A DNA stretch of 64,000 nucleotides from a virus, in the IMG/VR virus record IMGVR_UViG_3300042562_002450, positions 1 through 64,000 of that record; one strand, 5' to 3'. The position numbers were made by a program, and so were the translations under genes. The notes beneath the pieces are model-generated. The model was not told the origin of the DNA and did no database searches. It saw nothing but the letters and a program-made list of their open reading frames with translations. Positions 45,252 to 56,638 of this stretch are shown in pieces. Position 1 is the stretch's first letter. Each line of letters starts with the position of its first letter.

Positions 45252-45659
45252 ATGACTACACCAGAAAGCCCATTAGAAAAAAAAGAATCTAGTGATGAGC
45301 GACCACTAACTGCAGATGAACGCATTAGTCGTCTAGAGATTGCTTTAGAGAATGCATATAATGTATTAGCTAGAGAAAATCATCGAATTCAAATGAAAGT
45401 TGAAGAAGACAATGGGATACTGCAAGGTGATCTCACTCGAACTTTAACTCTAATGAATATGAGTACACTTCAAAATATTGTTTCAATAAGAGTACTAGCA
45501 CAAGAACTTGTAGCTAAAGGATTATTGGATCAAAAAGATATTGAAGCAAAAGTTGCAGCTGAACTAAACACAGCTGTTGAAGCACAACAAAAAGTTATGC
45601 AAGAAGCTAGAGATGCTGCTCAGAAAGCTGCGACTGAGCCAACTGCTGTAGCTCAATAA
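45252..45659 (+). CDS. Hypothetical coiled-coil protein
   Basis: AAGGAG RBS. Confidence 0.65.
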   Translation: MTTPESPLEKKESSDERPLTADERISRLEIALENAYNVLARENHRIQMKVEEDNGILQGDLTRTLTLMNMSTLQNIVSIRVLAQELVAKGLLDQKDIEAKVAAELNTAVEAQQKVMQEARDAAQKAATEPTAVAQ

Positions 45660-46210
45660 TATGATGCTTGGGATATATCAACTGGAAGTAATTCTAGTTG
45701 GTATATCTCTTTTAATTTCTTTATTAAATAATTATATCTCAATCCATATTTTGCTTTTAAATCTTCAAAATCATAACCATAATAAAAATAATCCCTAGCA
45801 AAGCTAATAGAGGCGGGAGTTAATTTGGATTTCAACTCATAGCCATAGATGTATTCTGGAGACACATTAGTCTCAAGATAATTAACATCATCATCAATAT
45901 AGACATGTAGACTTAAGCTAGTGACTAGTTTGAACAGACTGTCTTCATAACTTTTTTTTGATTTATCTTTATTTAATAAATGATTTATTTTAAAATATTG
46001 ATACAAGTCATCATCATGAAAGTAACTTCTAACTTGAAGTAGTTTCACTGCAACCTTTCCATACATCATATTCCAATGACTGGAATATCTAAAAATAAAA
46101 TTAGAACTAAATATTAGATCTAAAAAGTCTTTATCTTTTGCTTTCTCAAATAGATCAGAGTAATGAACAACTGACTGATTAAGTCTTTTTTTCTTTTTCT
46201 TCATAACCAT
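45653..46210 (-). CDS. Hypothetical protein (possible C-terminal HTH)
   Basis: 185 aa; YDFEDLKAKYGL..NYLIKKL. Confidence 0.55.
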   Translation of the reverse strand: MVMKKKKKRLNQSVVHYSDLFEKAKDKDFLDLIFSSNFIFRYSSHWNMMYGKVAVKLLQVRSYFHDDDLYQYFKINHLLNKDKSKKSYEDSLFKLVTSLSLHVYIDDDVNYLETNVSPEYIYGYELKSKLTPASISFARDYFYYGYDFEDLKAKYGLRYNYLIKKLKEIYQLELLPVDISQASYY

Positions 46211-46634
46211 AAATTTCTATAAGAATTTTGGGTTCATTCTTTACGTAGTGTTTAAAGCGATGATCTTCAATTATTTGAGAATCATCTTTATATATGATGC
46301 CATTAAAAGCATCGAATTCAAGTTTCCCACAGTTCTGAACATCTTTCTTACGAAGAGTTCCGAAAGTCCAATGACTAACAATTTTAACTGGCCCAGTATA
46401 TGGCTCAGAATCTCCCCCCACAGCTTTGATTGCAAGGTCTATGAGCTTTTGCTTATAGGCTTTGTAGTCGGCTTTCATAAACATACCTTTAAATCCTTTG
46501 CCTGTATTGGCTGATCTAAAGTATGCATTGTTTGGATTCTTAGCTTCTTCATTGTGCTCAATTCGAGCCAATAAGACTTCAGCATATTCAAGTCCATCAT
46601 CGGCAGTAATTACTTTTTCTTTTGCTTTAGCCAT
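46179..46634 (-). CDS. rusA: RusA-family Holliday junction resolvase
   Basis: KDVQNCGKLEFDAFNGIIYKDDSQI. Confidence 0.75.
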   Translation of the reverse strand: MAKAKEKVITADDGLEYAEVLLARIEHNEEAKNPNNAYFRSANTGKGFKGMFMKADYKAYKQKLIDLAIKAVGGDSEPYTGPVKIVSHWTFGTLRKKDVQNCGKLEFDAFNGIIYKDDSQIIEDHRFKHYVKNEPKILIEIYGYEEKEKKT

Positions 46635-47347
46635 TGTTTCTGCTTTTCGTATTGTTCTTTACGATATATCTTTTGTTTTTCTTTTAAGGAGTTCTTAAAT
46701 GCTTTGCTACTATCTGATTCTAATTTTATTGTTTTTGGCTTATATAGTACCGTCGATTGCCGTTCCCTGTGTTGCTTTTGCTTCAGCTTATTCTTTGCTT
46801 CTTTTTTTTCCTGAAAAGTTAAAAGCGATTCATCTGCAACTAAGCCACTACCGTAACCAATTGAAGAAATTATTTCGTTCAAAGAAAAAACAGAAATGTT
46901 CAAATTGTCAATGCGGATAAGGTTTATTCCTCTATTTGCTAAAAGGATATCTTTTCTTGAATCTCTATTTTTAGATTCATTAAATCCTCCTTTGCTTCCA
47001 TGGAAGAAAGAAGAATAATTGTTGTGTTGAGAGCCATCATATTCAAATGCTAAATTGAATGGAGAACTAATAACAAAATCAACTCTAAGCTTTTCACCCA
47101 ATGGGAATTCTTTATGAATCTTATCATAAGGAAAGATTTCTTTTAATAAATACTCTAACTTAGTTCCGCCTTTAGAATACTCTTTAACTATATTCTGTTT
47201 GGAATTAGAATAAAATTTATTTATATGGTATCTAATTTGGTTATCAGTATAAATATTATCTAGTAGACTGACAATATCTTGTAAGGTAAAAGTCTTCTTA
47301 GATATTAATGATTCAATTTTTTTTGAATGCTCATCTGTTATTTTCAT
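46610..47347 (-). CDS. DUF559/Vsr-like PD-(D/E)XK endonuclease
   Basis: LRVDF..AFEYDGSQH...DSRKD..L...GINLIRI. Confidence 0.75.
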   Translation of the reverse strand: MKITDEHSKKIESLISKKTFTLQDIVSLLDNIYTDNQIRYHINKFYSNSKQNIVKEYSKGGTKLEYLLKEIFPYDKIHKEFPLGEKLRVDFVISSPFNLAFEYDGSQHNNYSSFFHGSKGGFNESKNRDSRKDILLANRGINLIRIDNLNISVFSLNEIISSIGYGSGLVADESLLTFQEKKEAKNKLKQKQHRERQSTVLYKPKTIKLESDSSKAFKNSLKEKQKIYRKEQYEKQKQWLKQKKK

Positions 47348-47392
47348 TACAGTTATAATATAAAATAAAAACAATAAACACAAGGAGCTTGT

Positions 47393-48370
47393 ATGACTTT
47401 TTCTTTATTAGCAAAAGTACAAGAAGAACTAAGAAGAAAGCGCACACGATCACTTGTGAGTAAGAATACACTCTGGCCATCGCAGGCTTCAGTCGTTGGA
47501 GTTAATGGAGACATTATAGGTAGATGCTTAAGGGCGTCATATTATACAAAGACGGGTGAATCTGAAACTAATCCAGTAAGTGATTCTGTAGTTGCGATGG
47601 GATACATGGGGACTAAGATTGAAGATGGTTTAATTGAACTACTTAAAAATCAAGGACTTTGGGAAGCTAATAATATCAAATGGCAAGCTTATGGTATTTC
47701 TGGTGAAGTTGATATTCTAATCAGAACACTAGACACTACCGTTAGTCCACCCCAAGAAAAGAAATATGTTGTTGAGTGTAAGTCTTGCTCTGGCTATTAT
47801 GTAAATAAAGAACTTTTTGGTTACGGTCAAGGTACTGGTGCTAATCGTGTTTACATTAAAGGTAAACCTAAAGATAAGCATTTACTGCAATCGGTTCTCT
47901 ATGCTCATGTAGCTAGAGAAACTGGATTTGAAGGAACTATTCTTTTTTATGTATCTCGCGACGAATCAAAAATGACTGAGTTTTTAGTTACAGTAAATGA
48001 TAATGGTGACATTTTCATTAATGGTGAGATCGAAACTCGCTTTAAAGTTCAAGATATATTATTACGTTATGAGGTATTGCAGTCTGCTATTGACGCAAAA
48101 GCACTGCCTGACAGAGACTACAAGCCATCGTATACAGATGCAGAAGTTGCTCATTTTTATGACACTAAGCTAATATCAAAAGCAGCTCATGATAATCACA
48201 ATAGTAGAAAAGCTTTGTATTGCGATACGGAATGTAATTATTGTGAATTTAAGTTACTATGTTTAGATCAAAAAGTTATTCCTCAGAATCAAACTGAGAA
48301 TCTTTTTAAGACTACAGAACTACCTTCGAACTCAGAAGTACCAGACTATATTGCCTTTGGAAGTTTTTAA
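47393..48370 (+). CDS. Cas4-like PD-(D/E)XK exonuclease
   Basis: GRCLR, SGEVD, ECKS, QxxxY, CNYCEFKLLC. Confidence 0.75.
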   Translation: MTFSLLAKVQEELRRKRTRSLVSKNTLWPSQASVVGVNGDIIGRCLRASYYTKTGESETNPVSDSVVAMGYMGTKIEDGLIELLKNQGLWEANNIKWQAYGISGEVDILIRTLDTTVSPPQEKKYVVECKSCSGYYVNKELFGYGQGTGANRVYIKGKPKDKHLLQSVLYAHVARETGFEGTILFYVSRDESKMTEFLVTVNDNGDIFINGEIETRFKVQDILLRYEVLQSAIDAKALPDRDYKPSYTDAEVAHFYDTKLISKAAHDNHNSRKALYCDTECNYCEFKLLCLDQKVIPQNQTENLFKTTELPSNSEVPDYIAFGSF

Positions 48371-48392
48371 TATTTAATTGGGGAAGAGAAAA

Positions 48393-50801
48393 ATGATTAA
48401 AAATTATGAAGAGGTAATCGAGAAGCTTAAAGAAAAGCTAACCGACTACCTTGAAGATAAAGGGATTAACACAAAAAGAAATTTCTTTTGTTTAAATCCT
48501 AAGCATGAAGACCATCATGCGTCTATGGGGCTTGTGCCTCAATCTAACTTTACAAAAGCTCATTGCTTTTCTTGTGGTCATTTTGCTGATATCTTTGATG
48601 CAGCATATGTCCTAGAAGGAAAACCAAAGAATGGCCCTAATCATATAACTGAAACAGTAATGTATTTAGCAAACAAATATGATATTGCAGTTGAAATGAA
48701 AGAGCTAACTGAAGAAGAAAAATACAGAATAGAAATATTCAATGCTTATAAAGAAGCAGCACACTATATTGCATCTAATCCAAGTAGTTCTGTAATCGAA
48801 GCGATTACGGCAAGAGGTTGGAATCTAGACCAATGCAAAGAAAGACTTATTGGTGGTGTTCCGTCATTCATTGAATATAAGACTCATATGAAAACTCTAG
48901 GGTTCCCTATTGCTTTCCTTGAGGGTATTGATCTTCTTAATGAGAAGATGTTTAATGAAAATACTTTAATATTTACAATAGGAGATCAACACGGAAGGCC
49001 TTGTGGCTTTAGTGCTAGGAACCTTAGGTTTGATCCTAATTCAGATTCTGATATTAAATATCTTAATACTTCTGCTCGTTGTCCTATCTATGAGAAATCA
49101 AAAAGACTCTATAACATACATAATGCCAAAATGGATAAAGGAACAATTTATCTAACTGAAGGCTGTGCTGATACTGAGGGTATGATTCAAGCCGGTGTTA
49201 CCAACACTATTGGAATTTGTGGAACTGGTTTTACTGATAATCATGTTGCTGAATTGGCTCGCTCTGGAAAGACTAATATTACATTAGTTATGGATGGGGA
49301 TAAGCCTGGGATTAAAGCAACAGAAAGAATAATAGAAAAACTTTCAGACCATAGAGACTTTTCTATATATGTTATTAATTTTCCTGATGAATTAGATCCA
49401 GATGATTTCATGAGACAGAGAGGAGTTGATGAATTCTTTAAGCTTAGAAAGTGGACTGCTTTTGAATGGAAATTAGAAACATATGATGACTCTATTGAGG
49501 TATCATTAATTCGTAAAGAAATAATTCCAATCATTGCTAGTGAGACATCTCCAATTGAAAGAGAGAAGATGATTGATACTCTATCTGAAAAGATAGATAT
49601 CTCATTCGATGCAATCAAAGAAGAAGTTCAAAACTTACTTAATGCAAATGAACAGAAAAGAAAGAAGGAAAGAGATAATGTTTTAACTGCATTAATTTCT
49701 GATCTTCGAGCTGATCCAAATAGTTGGAAACACACTTTCTCAGAAGCTCAAGCTAACCTTGAAGCTTTATCTGAAAAGCATGGAGAAGATTCGTTCTCTG
49801 CTAATGTATTTCTTAGTGAAGTGCTACACTTTAAAGAGAAAGAAGAAGCAATAGAGAACTCTACTATGACTTGTAATTTTCACAAGTGGAGAGAGTTCCA
49901 GGAAGCCATTGATGGTAACCACGGATCAACGCTTAATGTTGTTGGCGGTGGTGCTAACTGTGGTAAGACTGCAATGATGTCGAACATGGCTGCAATGCTT
50001 GCTGATATTCCTGAGTCTTTTGATGAAGACTACTTTGTCCTCTTTCATAGTATCGATGATACCTTGGAGCAATTTACTAATAGAATTGTAACTAATTTTG
50101 CAGTTGAGAAATATGCTGGAATTACCTTGAATAAAATCAAGCGTCCATCTAAGTTTCAAGATGCTAAAAGAATCAACGAAGCTAGAGAGTTTGCTTATAA
50201 GAAACTAGAAAAACTAATTAGAGAACAAAGAATTTTAATCAGAGGCGGTGAGAGTGGACGCACTGCTGCTACGCTAACCTATGCTGATGAGATGATTCGT
50301 TTTGCTAAAAAGGTACGCCCAAATTCTAAGATTGTATATTTTGGAGATAACTTTCATCGGTATCGTGATTTCTCGGGAGAGAAAGATGAACGTAATAGAT
50401 TTAAGAAACTTTCAAATGCTGCTAAAGATATGGCTAAGAGACATGACATTCCGGTTTGGTGTACTATGGAATACAATAAGACTGTAGGAACTGGTCGCCC
50501 AACAAATAATTCGATCTCTGAATCTATTGCAATGGAGTATGATGCAAATCTTATTATGCATTTGTATAATGACCTACATGTTAAGAATCAACTAGGTGAA
50601 GATCCAGATCTTTACTTTACGAGACAAGACAGCGAAGGTCGTTCTATTAAGTGTCCACGAATTGAAGCTATTATTGGAAAGAATAAACTGAATTCATTTA
50701 AGGGTTCATTGTATTTTGACTTCTATGCTGATCAATCAAGAATGCAACCAGTTAGTGCCTTTCAAGTTCAGCAAGACTTAGAAACAAAGAAGACGAGATG
50801 A
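48393..50801 (+). CDS. DnaG-type primase fused to DnaB-like helicase
   Basis: Zn finger C..H...CFSC, TOPRIM TEGCAD and DGD, Walker A GGANCGKT. Confidence 0.9.
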   Translation: MIKNYEEVIEKLKEKLTDYLEDKGINTKRNFFCLNPKHEDHHASMGLVPQSNFTKAHCFSCGHFADIFDAAYVLEGKPKNGPNHITETVMYLANKYDIAVEMKELTEEEKYRIEIFNAYKEAAHYIASNPSSSVIEAITARGWNLDQCKERLIGGVPSFIEYKTHMKTLGFPIAFLEGIDLLNEKMFNENTLIFTIGDQHGRPCGFSARNLRFDPNSDSDIKYLNTSARCPIYEKSKRLYNIHNAKMDKGTIYLTEGCADTEGMIQAGVTNTIGICGTGFTDNHVAELARSGKTNITLVMDGDKPGIKATERIIEKLSDHRDFSIYVINFPDELDPDDFMRQRGVDEFFKLRKWTAFEWKLETYDDSIEVSLIRKEIIPIIASETSPIEREKMIDTLSEKIDISFDAIKEEVQNLLNANEQKRKKERDNVLTALISDLRADPNSWKHTFSEAQANLEALSEKHGEDSFSANVFLSEVLHFKEKEEAIENSTMTCNFHKWREFQEAIDGNHGSTLNVVGGGANCGKTAMMSNMAAMLADIPESFDEDYFVLFHSIDDTLEQFTNRIVTNFAVEKYAGITLNKIKRPSKFQDAKRINEAREFAYKKLEKLIREQRILIRGGESGRTAATLTYADEMIRFAKKVRPNSKIVYFGDNFHRYRDFSGEKDERNRFKKLSNAAKDMAKRHDIPVWCTMEYNKTVGTGRPTNNSISESIAMEYDANLIMHLYNDLHVKNQLGEDPDLYFTRQDSEGRSIKCPRIEAIIGKNKLNSFKGSLYFDFYADQSRMQPVSAFQVQQDLETKKTR

Positions 50802-51511
50802 GATTAGATATCGCAGACATTAATCGAATTAATACCTGTGGTATCCTCAAGAAGAATAATTGGGATTACGAACAAGAAAATAGTAGTAATCCCTCTTATT
50901 TGCTTGGTATGAAAGAGATAATTAGATGGCATTATAAAAGGAATAGACCAATTGATACTGTTAACTTTATGGCTTTTATCAGTAAGCTTTACTTAAGAGT
51001 AAAGATAAGTCATGAAGAAAAAATTCAGTTAGAAAAAGCGTTTAGAGAATTTATTAATTCTGCTTTTTATCAAAGAATGAATCAAGTCTTTATTAATTAT
51101 AGTTCTGATATTAAGATTAACAAGCAAGACTATCTTGAATATCAGATACCTGTTTTTATAAATAATAAAGATGAACCTACATTCCTTTATTACAATTTAG
51201 GGAATGAATCTAAAAATTTATTCTTACAGAGATATGAGATAATGCACAATGCTATCTGGTCCTTTTATCATTTAAATAGATTGCCTGTTTTTGTTAATGT
51301 TTGGTTTGATGGAAAGAAAATCAAACATGAGACTATAAAGGTTAATGAAAAGTATATTCAAAAATCCAAAAAAAACCTAATCATTATAGGTAATAATTTA
51401 GATATATTTATCACACCCCCTATTCAAAGATGTATTAGTTGCAGTAAGATAGTAGAGTGTGAACGCTTTAATGAAAAGAAGAGAGGCCGCAATGACCAAA
51501 GATCAAATTAA
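50798..51511 (+). CDS. Hypothetical protein (possible degenerate PD-(D/E)XK fold)
   Basis: N-terminal C and C-terminal CISC...C; ATGA overlap. Confidence 0.6.
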   Translation: MRLDIADINRINTCGILKKNNWDYEQENSSNPSYLLGMKEIIRWHYKRNRPIDTVNFMAFISKLYLRVKISHEEKIQLEKAFREFINSAFYQRMNQVFINYSSDIKINKQDYLEYQIPVFINNKDEPTFLYYNLGNESKNLFLQRYEIMHNAIWSFYHLNRLPVFVNVWFDGKKIKHETIKVNEKYIQKSKKNLIIIGNNLDIFITPPIQRCISCSKIVECERFNEKKRGRNDQRSN

Positions 51512-51719
51512 AAATAAGACAAAAGAAAATCTTCAGAAGAATGCTTATGCTCGTAAGATTGGCAATCAATATGAGTTTTTAAAAAAATGGGATAGTGGTG
51601 CCATGACTGGAATCGAATGCATTGAAGCTATCGAAATGGAAGGTCAAATCTTTAGGATAGATAATGATTTAATTAATTTAAATAAATTTCCACCAATTAA
51701 CCTTCCAAAGAGTACATGA
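51492..51719 (+). CDS. Hypothetical protein
   Basis: GAGG RBS. Confidence 0.6.
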   Translation: MTKDQIKNKTKENLQKNAYARKIGNQYEFLKKWDSGAMTGIECIEAIEMEGQIFRIDNDLINLNKFPPINLPKST

Positions 51720-51871
51720 TGGATGAAATTATCTTTAAAGATATATTAGGTAAAACTAAGATGAAAATAAAAGGTGAAGACCTAATCATCATAGAAGATT
51801 TGAAAAAAAAGAAAAAAGAAAAAGAAAAAAAAGAAGAGAAAAAAGATGAAAACAAAAGTAGTGAAGGCTAA
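51716..51871 (+). CDS. Small Lys/Glu-rich protein (51 aa)
   Basis: ATGA overlap; not in the ORF track. Confidence 0.45.
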   Translation: MMDEIIFKDILGKTKMKIKGEDLIIIEDLKKKKKEKEKKEEKKDENKSSEG

Positions 51872-52295
51872 GTATTATGCTGAAACTGGTGACATCATTC
51901 CTCTAGATCCTCAACCCGTTAGGGTGCAAGGGTTATATAGCTATGCCAGATCAGGAACTGATGAGGCTGGTGAATATGTTGTGATTGATTTTATGACAGA
52001 AGAAGATGTTTACTTCGGATACGATGCAGCAAATCAATTAACTAGTCAACCTTTAGAAATAAATATCACAGAGGACGAATGGAACAAACCAGTGGAAAAC
52101 GATACAGAAACTATGGATATGCAAAACCAAGGAAATGCGGGAAATGCGAATCCACCTACTTTACAAAAGTCTCCTATAATCAATTTAAAGATGAGTCCTC
52201 AGACCTCCTTAACGGTGATAGGGAAATCGACCCCGACCATAAAGCAACGCTTCTCAAATGTTTGGGATGCGATAACCTCGAACTTCCTTCGATAA
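51846..52295 (+). CDS. Hypothetical protein
   Basis: 149 aa; 3' third overlaps the next ORF. Confidence 0.55.
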   Translation: MKTKVVKAKYYAETGDIIPLDPQPVRVQGLYSYARSGTDEAGEYVVIDFMTEEDVYFGYDAANQLTSQPLEINITEDEWNKPVENDTETMDMQNQGNAGNANPPTLQKSPIINLKMSPQTSLTVIGKSTPTIKQRFSNVWDAITSNFLR

Positions 52296-52378
52296 CTTAT
52301 GGCTACGCTAGTGGACTAGAGTTAGAGATAGCAAATGACGTAAGTAAGATACTTGAAAAACGTAAGGCAAAAGTGTAA
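52079..52378 (+). CDS. Zinc-ribbon hypothetical protein
   Basis: CGKC...CLGC. Confidence 0.6.
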   Translation: MEQTSGKRYRNYGYAKPRKCGKCESTYFTKVSYNQFKDESSDLLNGDREIDPDHKATLLKCLGCDNLELPSITYGYASGLELEIANDVSKILEKRKAKV

Positions 52379-52382
52379 CTAA

Positions 52383-52673
52383 ATGGAACTTATTTATCCA
52401 ACAGCTAAGAACAATACTTTTCAGAACTTAAAAGAACTTCCATCCATAAGGGGTGGAGGTTCTAATTACTTCATGCTCTCAACTGTTAAGTCAGGGCTTG
52501 ATATGTATATCTGTTTCTGTAACGCAGAAAGAGATAAAGTTTATATTGAAAAGACTACTTACCTTAATCCTAACAGATACTTGTGTATGGAAGACCTTAC
52601 CTTCGTGGAAAACGAAGAAGAATTCAAACGAATTCATAATTTTTTAATTGAAAAAGGGATACTAGATGGGTAA
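52383..52673 (+). CDS. Hypothetical protein
   Basis: 96 aa ORF. Confidence 0.6.
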   Translation: MELIYPTAKNNTFQNLKELPSIRGGGSNYFMLSTVKSGLDMYICFCNAERDKVYIEKTTYLNPNRYLCMEDLTFVENEEEFKRIHNFLIEKGILDG

Positions 52674-52893
52674 TATAGAGTTCTTTAAGAAAGAGATAAC
52701 ACAGGAATTTAAGAATCATGTTAAAAAAGAGCTAGGGTCTAAAGCCTTAACTTTTATAAAGGATGAAATTAACATCTTTTTAAATAAAAAAATAGAAGAA
52801 CTAAAGAAACCAAAAAATGATTACACAGTCCAGCCACAATACACTAATAGAAAGGATAAAAATCCTAACCAATCTCAATGGGTTAGAGAATAG
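52666..52893 (+). CDS. Hypothetical protein
   Basis: 75 aa ORF. Confidence 0.55.
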   Translation: MGNIEFFKKEITQEFKNHVKKELGSKALTFIKDEINIFLNKKIEELKKPKNDYTVQPQYTNRKDKNPNQSQWVRE

Positions 52894-53218
52894 ATCTGGT
52901 CTATTGTGTGATGTTACAGAATTTCTGTATAGACTAAAATCATTTGATGACTATCAGAGCATGTCAATGCCTGATAATATTTCAGCAGATAACTTTGATA
53001 ATTCAATTACATTTGAATGGATAAAGAAAGACAAACTTAAAATAGATACGCTACTCGTTACATTTCATGGAAATCAGTCTATACAAATAGAAGCGAGCTA
53101 TCCACGAGTGGATCTCAAGCTTGAGAATAGCTTTCCTCTGAATGAAGACATGGCAAACCTTGTTACAACTCACTTAGATAATTTTAAACAACCATTAAAA
53201 AAGAAACGCTACAAGTAA
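52817..53218 (+). CDS. Hypothetical protein
   Basis: 133 aa ORF. Confidence 0.6.
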   Translation: MITQSSHNTLIERIKILTNLNGLENRSGLLCDVTEFLYRLKSFDDYQSMSMPDNISADNFDNSITFEWIKKDKLKIDTLLVTFHGNQSIQIEASYPRVDLKLENSFPLNEDMANLVTTHLDNFKQPLKKKRYK

Positions 53219-53310
53219 GAATCAAGACGTTCCTTATTATTACTAGATAGTCCTACATTTACTTGTAGTAGATTATTTAATTGCTTTTAAAAATTCAACA
53301 AGGTTTAGAT

Positions 53311-54276
53311 ATGGAAAGAATACTAGAGAAAAATGACAAGCGACTCGTCGCGCTACCTATATTGCATCAAGACCTATGGGATATGTATAAGAAATGCATA
53401 GATACTATTTGGTTTGCAGAAGAATTAGATTTAGAGTCCGACAGGACAGATTGGAATAAGCTCAATGATAAAGAGCAATATTTCATTAAAAATATATTAG
53501 CTTTCTTTGCCGCCAGCGATGGAATTGTTAATGAAAATCTTTGTAGTAGATTTGCAAATGAGATTCAACTATATGAAGCCCGATCATTTTATCATCTTCA
53601 GATGACAATGGAAGATATTCATAGTGAAACTTATGCTTTGCTAATTGATACATACATCAAAGACACACAAGAGAAAGAAAGACTTTTCAATGCTATTTCA
53701 ACAATACCATGTGTTAAAGAAAAAGCAGACTGGGCTTTCAAGTGGATAACATCTTCAGAATCCTTTGCTCAGAGATTAATAGCCTTTGCCATAGTGGAAG
53801 GTGTATTCTTCTCAGGCTCATTCTGTGCGATCTACTGGTTAAAAAAACGTGGGTTAATGCCAGGCCTCTGTACATCAAATGAATTTATCTCAAGAGATGA
53901 AGGAATGCATACTGACTTTGCAGCACTTCTTTATAGAAACTATATAGAAAATAAGCTATCAGAGTCTGAAGTTCATTCTATGTTTGCACAAGCAATTGAA
54001 ATTGAAAAAAAATTCATCACAGAATCAATACCAGTATCTCTTATCGGTATGAACTCAGAACTAATGGGTCAGTACTTAGAATTTACTGCAGACTTGCTTC
54101 TTAGGGACTTAGGATACAGATCACTTTTTAATTCTAAAAACCCATTTGAATGGATGGAATTAATTGCACTTGAAGGTAAAACTAATTTCTTTGAAAAAAA
54201 AGTATCAGAATATAAAAAACCAGGCATCGGAGTTGAAGCATCTCAGAATGCTTTTGCCTTAGATGCTGACTTTTAG
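53311..54276 (+). CDS. nrdB: Ribonucleotide reductase class Ia beta subunit
   Basis: FFAASDGIVNENL, EDIHSETY, VEGVFFSGSF, SRDEGMH, NFFE. Confidence 0.95.
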   Translation: MERILEKNDKRLVALPILHQDLWDMYKKCIDTIWFAEELDLESDRTDWNKLNDKEQYFIKNILAFFAASDGIVNENLCSRFANEIQLYEARSFYHLQMTMEDIHSETYALLIDTYIKDTQEKERLFNAISTIPCVKEKADWAFKWITSSESFAQRLIAFAIVEGVFFSGSFCAIYWLKKRGLMPGLCTSNEFISRDEGMHTDFAALLYRNYIENKLSESEVHSMFAQAIEIEKKFITESIPVSLIGMNSELMGQYLEFTADLLLRDLGYRSLFNSKNPFEWMELIALEGKTNFFEKKVSEYKKPGIGVEASQNAFALDADF

Positions 54277-54286
54277 GGGAAAATAA

Positions 54287-56635
54287 ATGTCTTACGTTAT
54301 GAAACGAGATGGAAAGAAAGAGTCAATTAAGTTTGATAAGATTACTTCCCGTATAAAGAAGCAATGCTACAATCTTTCTTCACATATTGATCCCTATATA
54401 GTTGCTAAAAAAGTAATTGAAGGTGTATTCGAAGGGATTAGCACATATGAAATAGATACCCTAGCATCTGAGACAGCTGCTTATATGTCTACTAATCATC
54501 CTGACTACTCTTTGTTGGCAGGTCGTATTGCAATCTCTAATCTTCACAAGCAATGGTCTAAAAAGTTTAGTGATTGCATTGAAGATCTATATAACTATAT
54601 TAATCCAAAAAATAATAAGAGTTCACCTTTAATTTCTAATGAAGTTTATGCTATTGTTCAGCAGCACAAAGACCTACTTGATGCTAGCATTATTCATGAT
54701 CGAGATCTTGAGTATGACTTTTTTGGATACAGAACTTTAGAGAAATCTTATTTACTAAGAACTAATGGAACTCCAAGAGAAACCCCTCAATTTATGATAA
54801 TGAGAGTTGCTCTCGGTATCCATGGAAACAATATTCAAAAAGTATTAGAAACTTATGAGTGGATGTCTCAAGGGTTCTTTACCCATGCAACTCCTACTTT
54901 ATTTAATGCAGGCACACCAAAGCCTCAGATGTCTTCATGCTTTCTTCTTGCAATGAAAGAAGACTCAATTACAGGTATCTATGATACTCTTAAGGATTGT
55001 GCTCTTATCTCTCAGAGTGCAGGTGGGATTGGTGTTCACATTCACAACGTAAGAGCCAAAGGGTCATATATTGCTGGAACAAATGGATCATCTAATGGAA
55101 TACTTCCAATGCTTAGAGTCTATAATGCAACTGCTAGATATGTTGATCAAGGGGGCGGTAAACGAAAAGGTTCGTTTGCTATGTATCTTGAGCCATGGCA
55201 TGCAGACATTCTAGACTTCCTAGATGCTAGAAAGAATTCAGGTAAAGATGAAGTAAGAGCAAGGGATTTATCTTATGCTTTATGGATACCTGATCTATTT
55301 ATGAAAAGAGTTGAGACAAGTTCTCATTGGACATTAATGTGTCCAAATGAATGCCCAGGATTATCAGATGCATATGGTCGAGAATTTGAAACACTTTACA
55401 TGAAATATGAAGCTGAAGGTAAAGGCAAAAAAGTTGAAGCTAGAGACCTTTGGTTCTCTGTTTTAGATTGTCAAATTGAAACTGGTTATCCTTATATGCT
55501 TTATAAAGATTCCATTAATCATAAAACTAATCAGAAGAACTTAGGTACAATCAAGTCTTCAAACCTTTGTACAGAAATAATGCAGTATACTTCTCAAAAA
55601 GAAATTGCTGTTTGTAATTTAGCTTCAATCGCCTTACCTCGTTTTGTCGAGACAGTTAAAGGTGTATCTAAATTCAATTATGAAAAGTTCATGAACTGTG
55701 TTGAAGTTGCCACCTATAACCTAAATCAAGTTATAGATCGTAACTTCTATCCTGTAAAAGAAGCTGAGTATTCCAACAAAAGGCATCGCCCGATTGGACT
55801 TGGTGTTCAAGGATTAGCAGATGTATTTGCAATTATTCGTGTGAGCTTTGATAGCGCAGAAGCTAAAGATTTAAATAAGAAAATATTTGAAGCTCTTTAC
55901 TTTGCTGCATTAAAGCAGTCATTAGAGATTGCAAAAAAAGAAGGTAAGTATGAAAGCTTTGATGGCTCTCCTGCCTCTAATGGTGAACTTCAGTTCGACC
56001 TCTGGGGAGTAGAACCAACACTTGGTCTTGAATGGGATAAACTAAAAAAAGATATTATTAAGCATGGGCTTCGTAACTCTCTATTAGTTGCTCCTATGCC
56101 TACTGCGTCTACTGCTCAGATTCTAGGAAACAATGAATGCTTTGAGCCATTTACGTCTATGATGTATTCTCGACGCGTTCTTTCTGGAGAATTTGCAGTT
56201 GTAAATAAATACTTAGTTAAAGATTTGGTTGGATTAGAACTATGGAATGAATCTCTCAAGAATAAAATCATTGCAGAGAAAGGATCCGTACAGAATATTC
56301 CAGAAATACCTGACTCACTAAAAAGTATTTACAAAACTGTTTGGGAAATTTCAATGAAAGATATTCAGCAAATGGCAGCAGATCGTGGTGCGTTTATTGA
56401 TCAGTCTCAATCAATGAATCTTTGGATAAAAGACCCTAACTATGCGAAATTAAGCTCAATGCATTTCAATGGATGGAAGCTTGGACTTAAGACTGGAATG
56501 TATTACTTAAGAACAAAAGCTTCAACTGCTGCACGATCTATTTTTAGAGAAGATGAAGCGGTTAAGACTGAAGCAGTAGATCAAATCTCTTGCTCTTTAG
56601 ATGCTCCAGAAGATTGCATGGCATGTGGCAGTTAG
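54287..56635 (+). CDS. nrdA: Ribonucleotide reductase class Ia alpha subunit with ATP cone
   Basis: VMKRDG ATP cone, [28 protein letters not shown]-terminal CxxC. Confidence 0.97.
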   Translation: MSYVMKRDGKKESIKFDKITSRIKKQCYNLSSHIDPYIVAKKVIEGVFEGISTYEIDTLASETAAYMSTNHPDYSLLAGRIAISNLHKQWSKKFSDCIEDLYNYINPKNNKSSPLISNEVYAIVQQHKDLLDASIIHDRDLEYDFFGYRTLEKSYLLRTNGTPRETPQFMIMRVALGIHGNNIQKVLETYEWMSQGFFTHATPTLFNAGTPKPQMSSCFLLAMKEDSITGIYDTLKDCALISQSAGGIGVHIHNVRAKGSYIAGTNGSSNGILPMLRVYNATARYVDQGGGKRKGSFAMYLEPWHADILDFLDARKNSGKDEVRARDLSYALWIPDLFMKRVETSSHWTLMCPNECPGLSDAYGREFETLYMKYEAEGKGKKVEARDLWFSVLDCQIETGYPYMLYKDSINHKTNQKNLGTIKSSNLCTEIMQYTSQKEIAVCNLASIALPRFVETVKGVSKFNYEKFMNCVEVATYNLNQVIDRNFYPVKEAEYSNKRHRPIGLGVQGLADVFAIIRVSFDSAEAKDLNKKIFEALYFAALKQSLEIAKKEGKYESFDGSPASNGELQFDLWGVEPTLGLEWDKLKKDIIKHGLRNSLLVAPMPTASTAQILGNNECFEPFTSMMYSRRVLSGEFAVVNKYLVKDLVGLELWNESLKNKIIAEKGSVQNIPEIPDSLKSIYKTVWEISMKDIQQMAADRGAFIDQSQSMNLWIKDPNYAKLSSMHFNGWKLGLKTGMYYLRTKASTAARSIFREDEAVKTEAVDQISCSLDAPEDCMACGS

Positions 56636-56638
56636 TAT

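Noticed and set aside
47393-48370. Cas4-like nuclease as evidence of a CRISPR-Cas system
   Set aside because: No cas1/cas2 or effector genes and no regular repeat-spacer array seen; solo Cas4-like exonucleases are common in phage replication modules.
39284-56635. Inteins in DnaE, primase-helicase or NrdA
   Set aside because: Lengths are normal and no intein N-terminal C/S or C-terminal HN motifs are seen.
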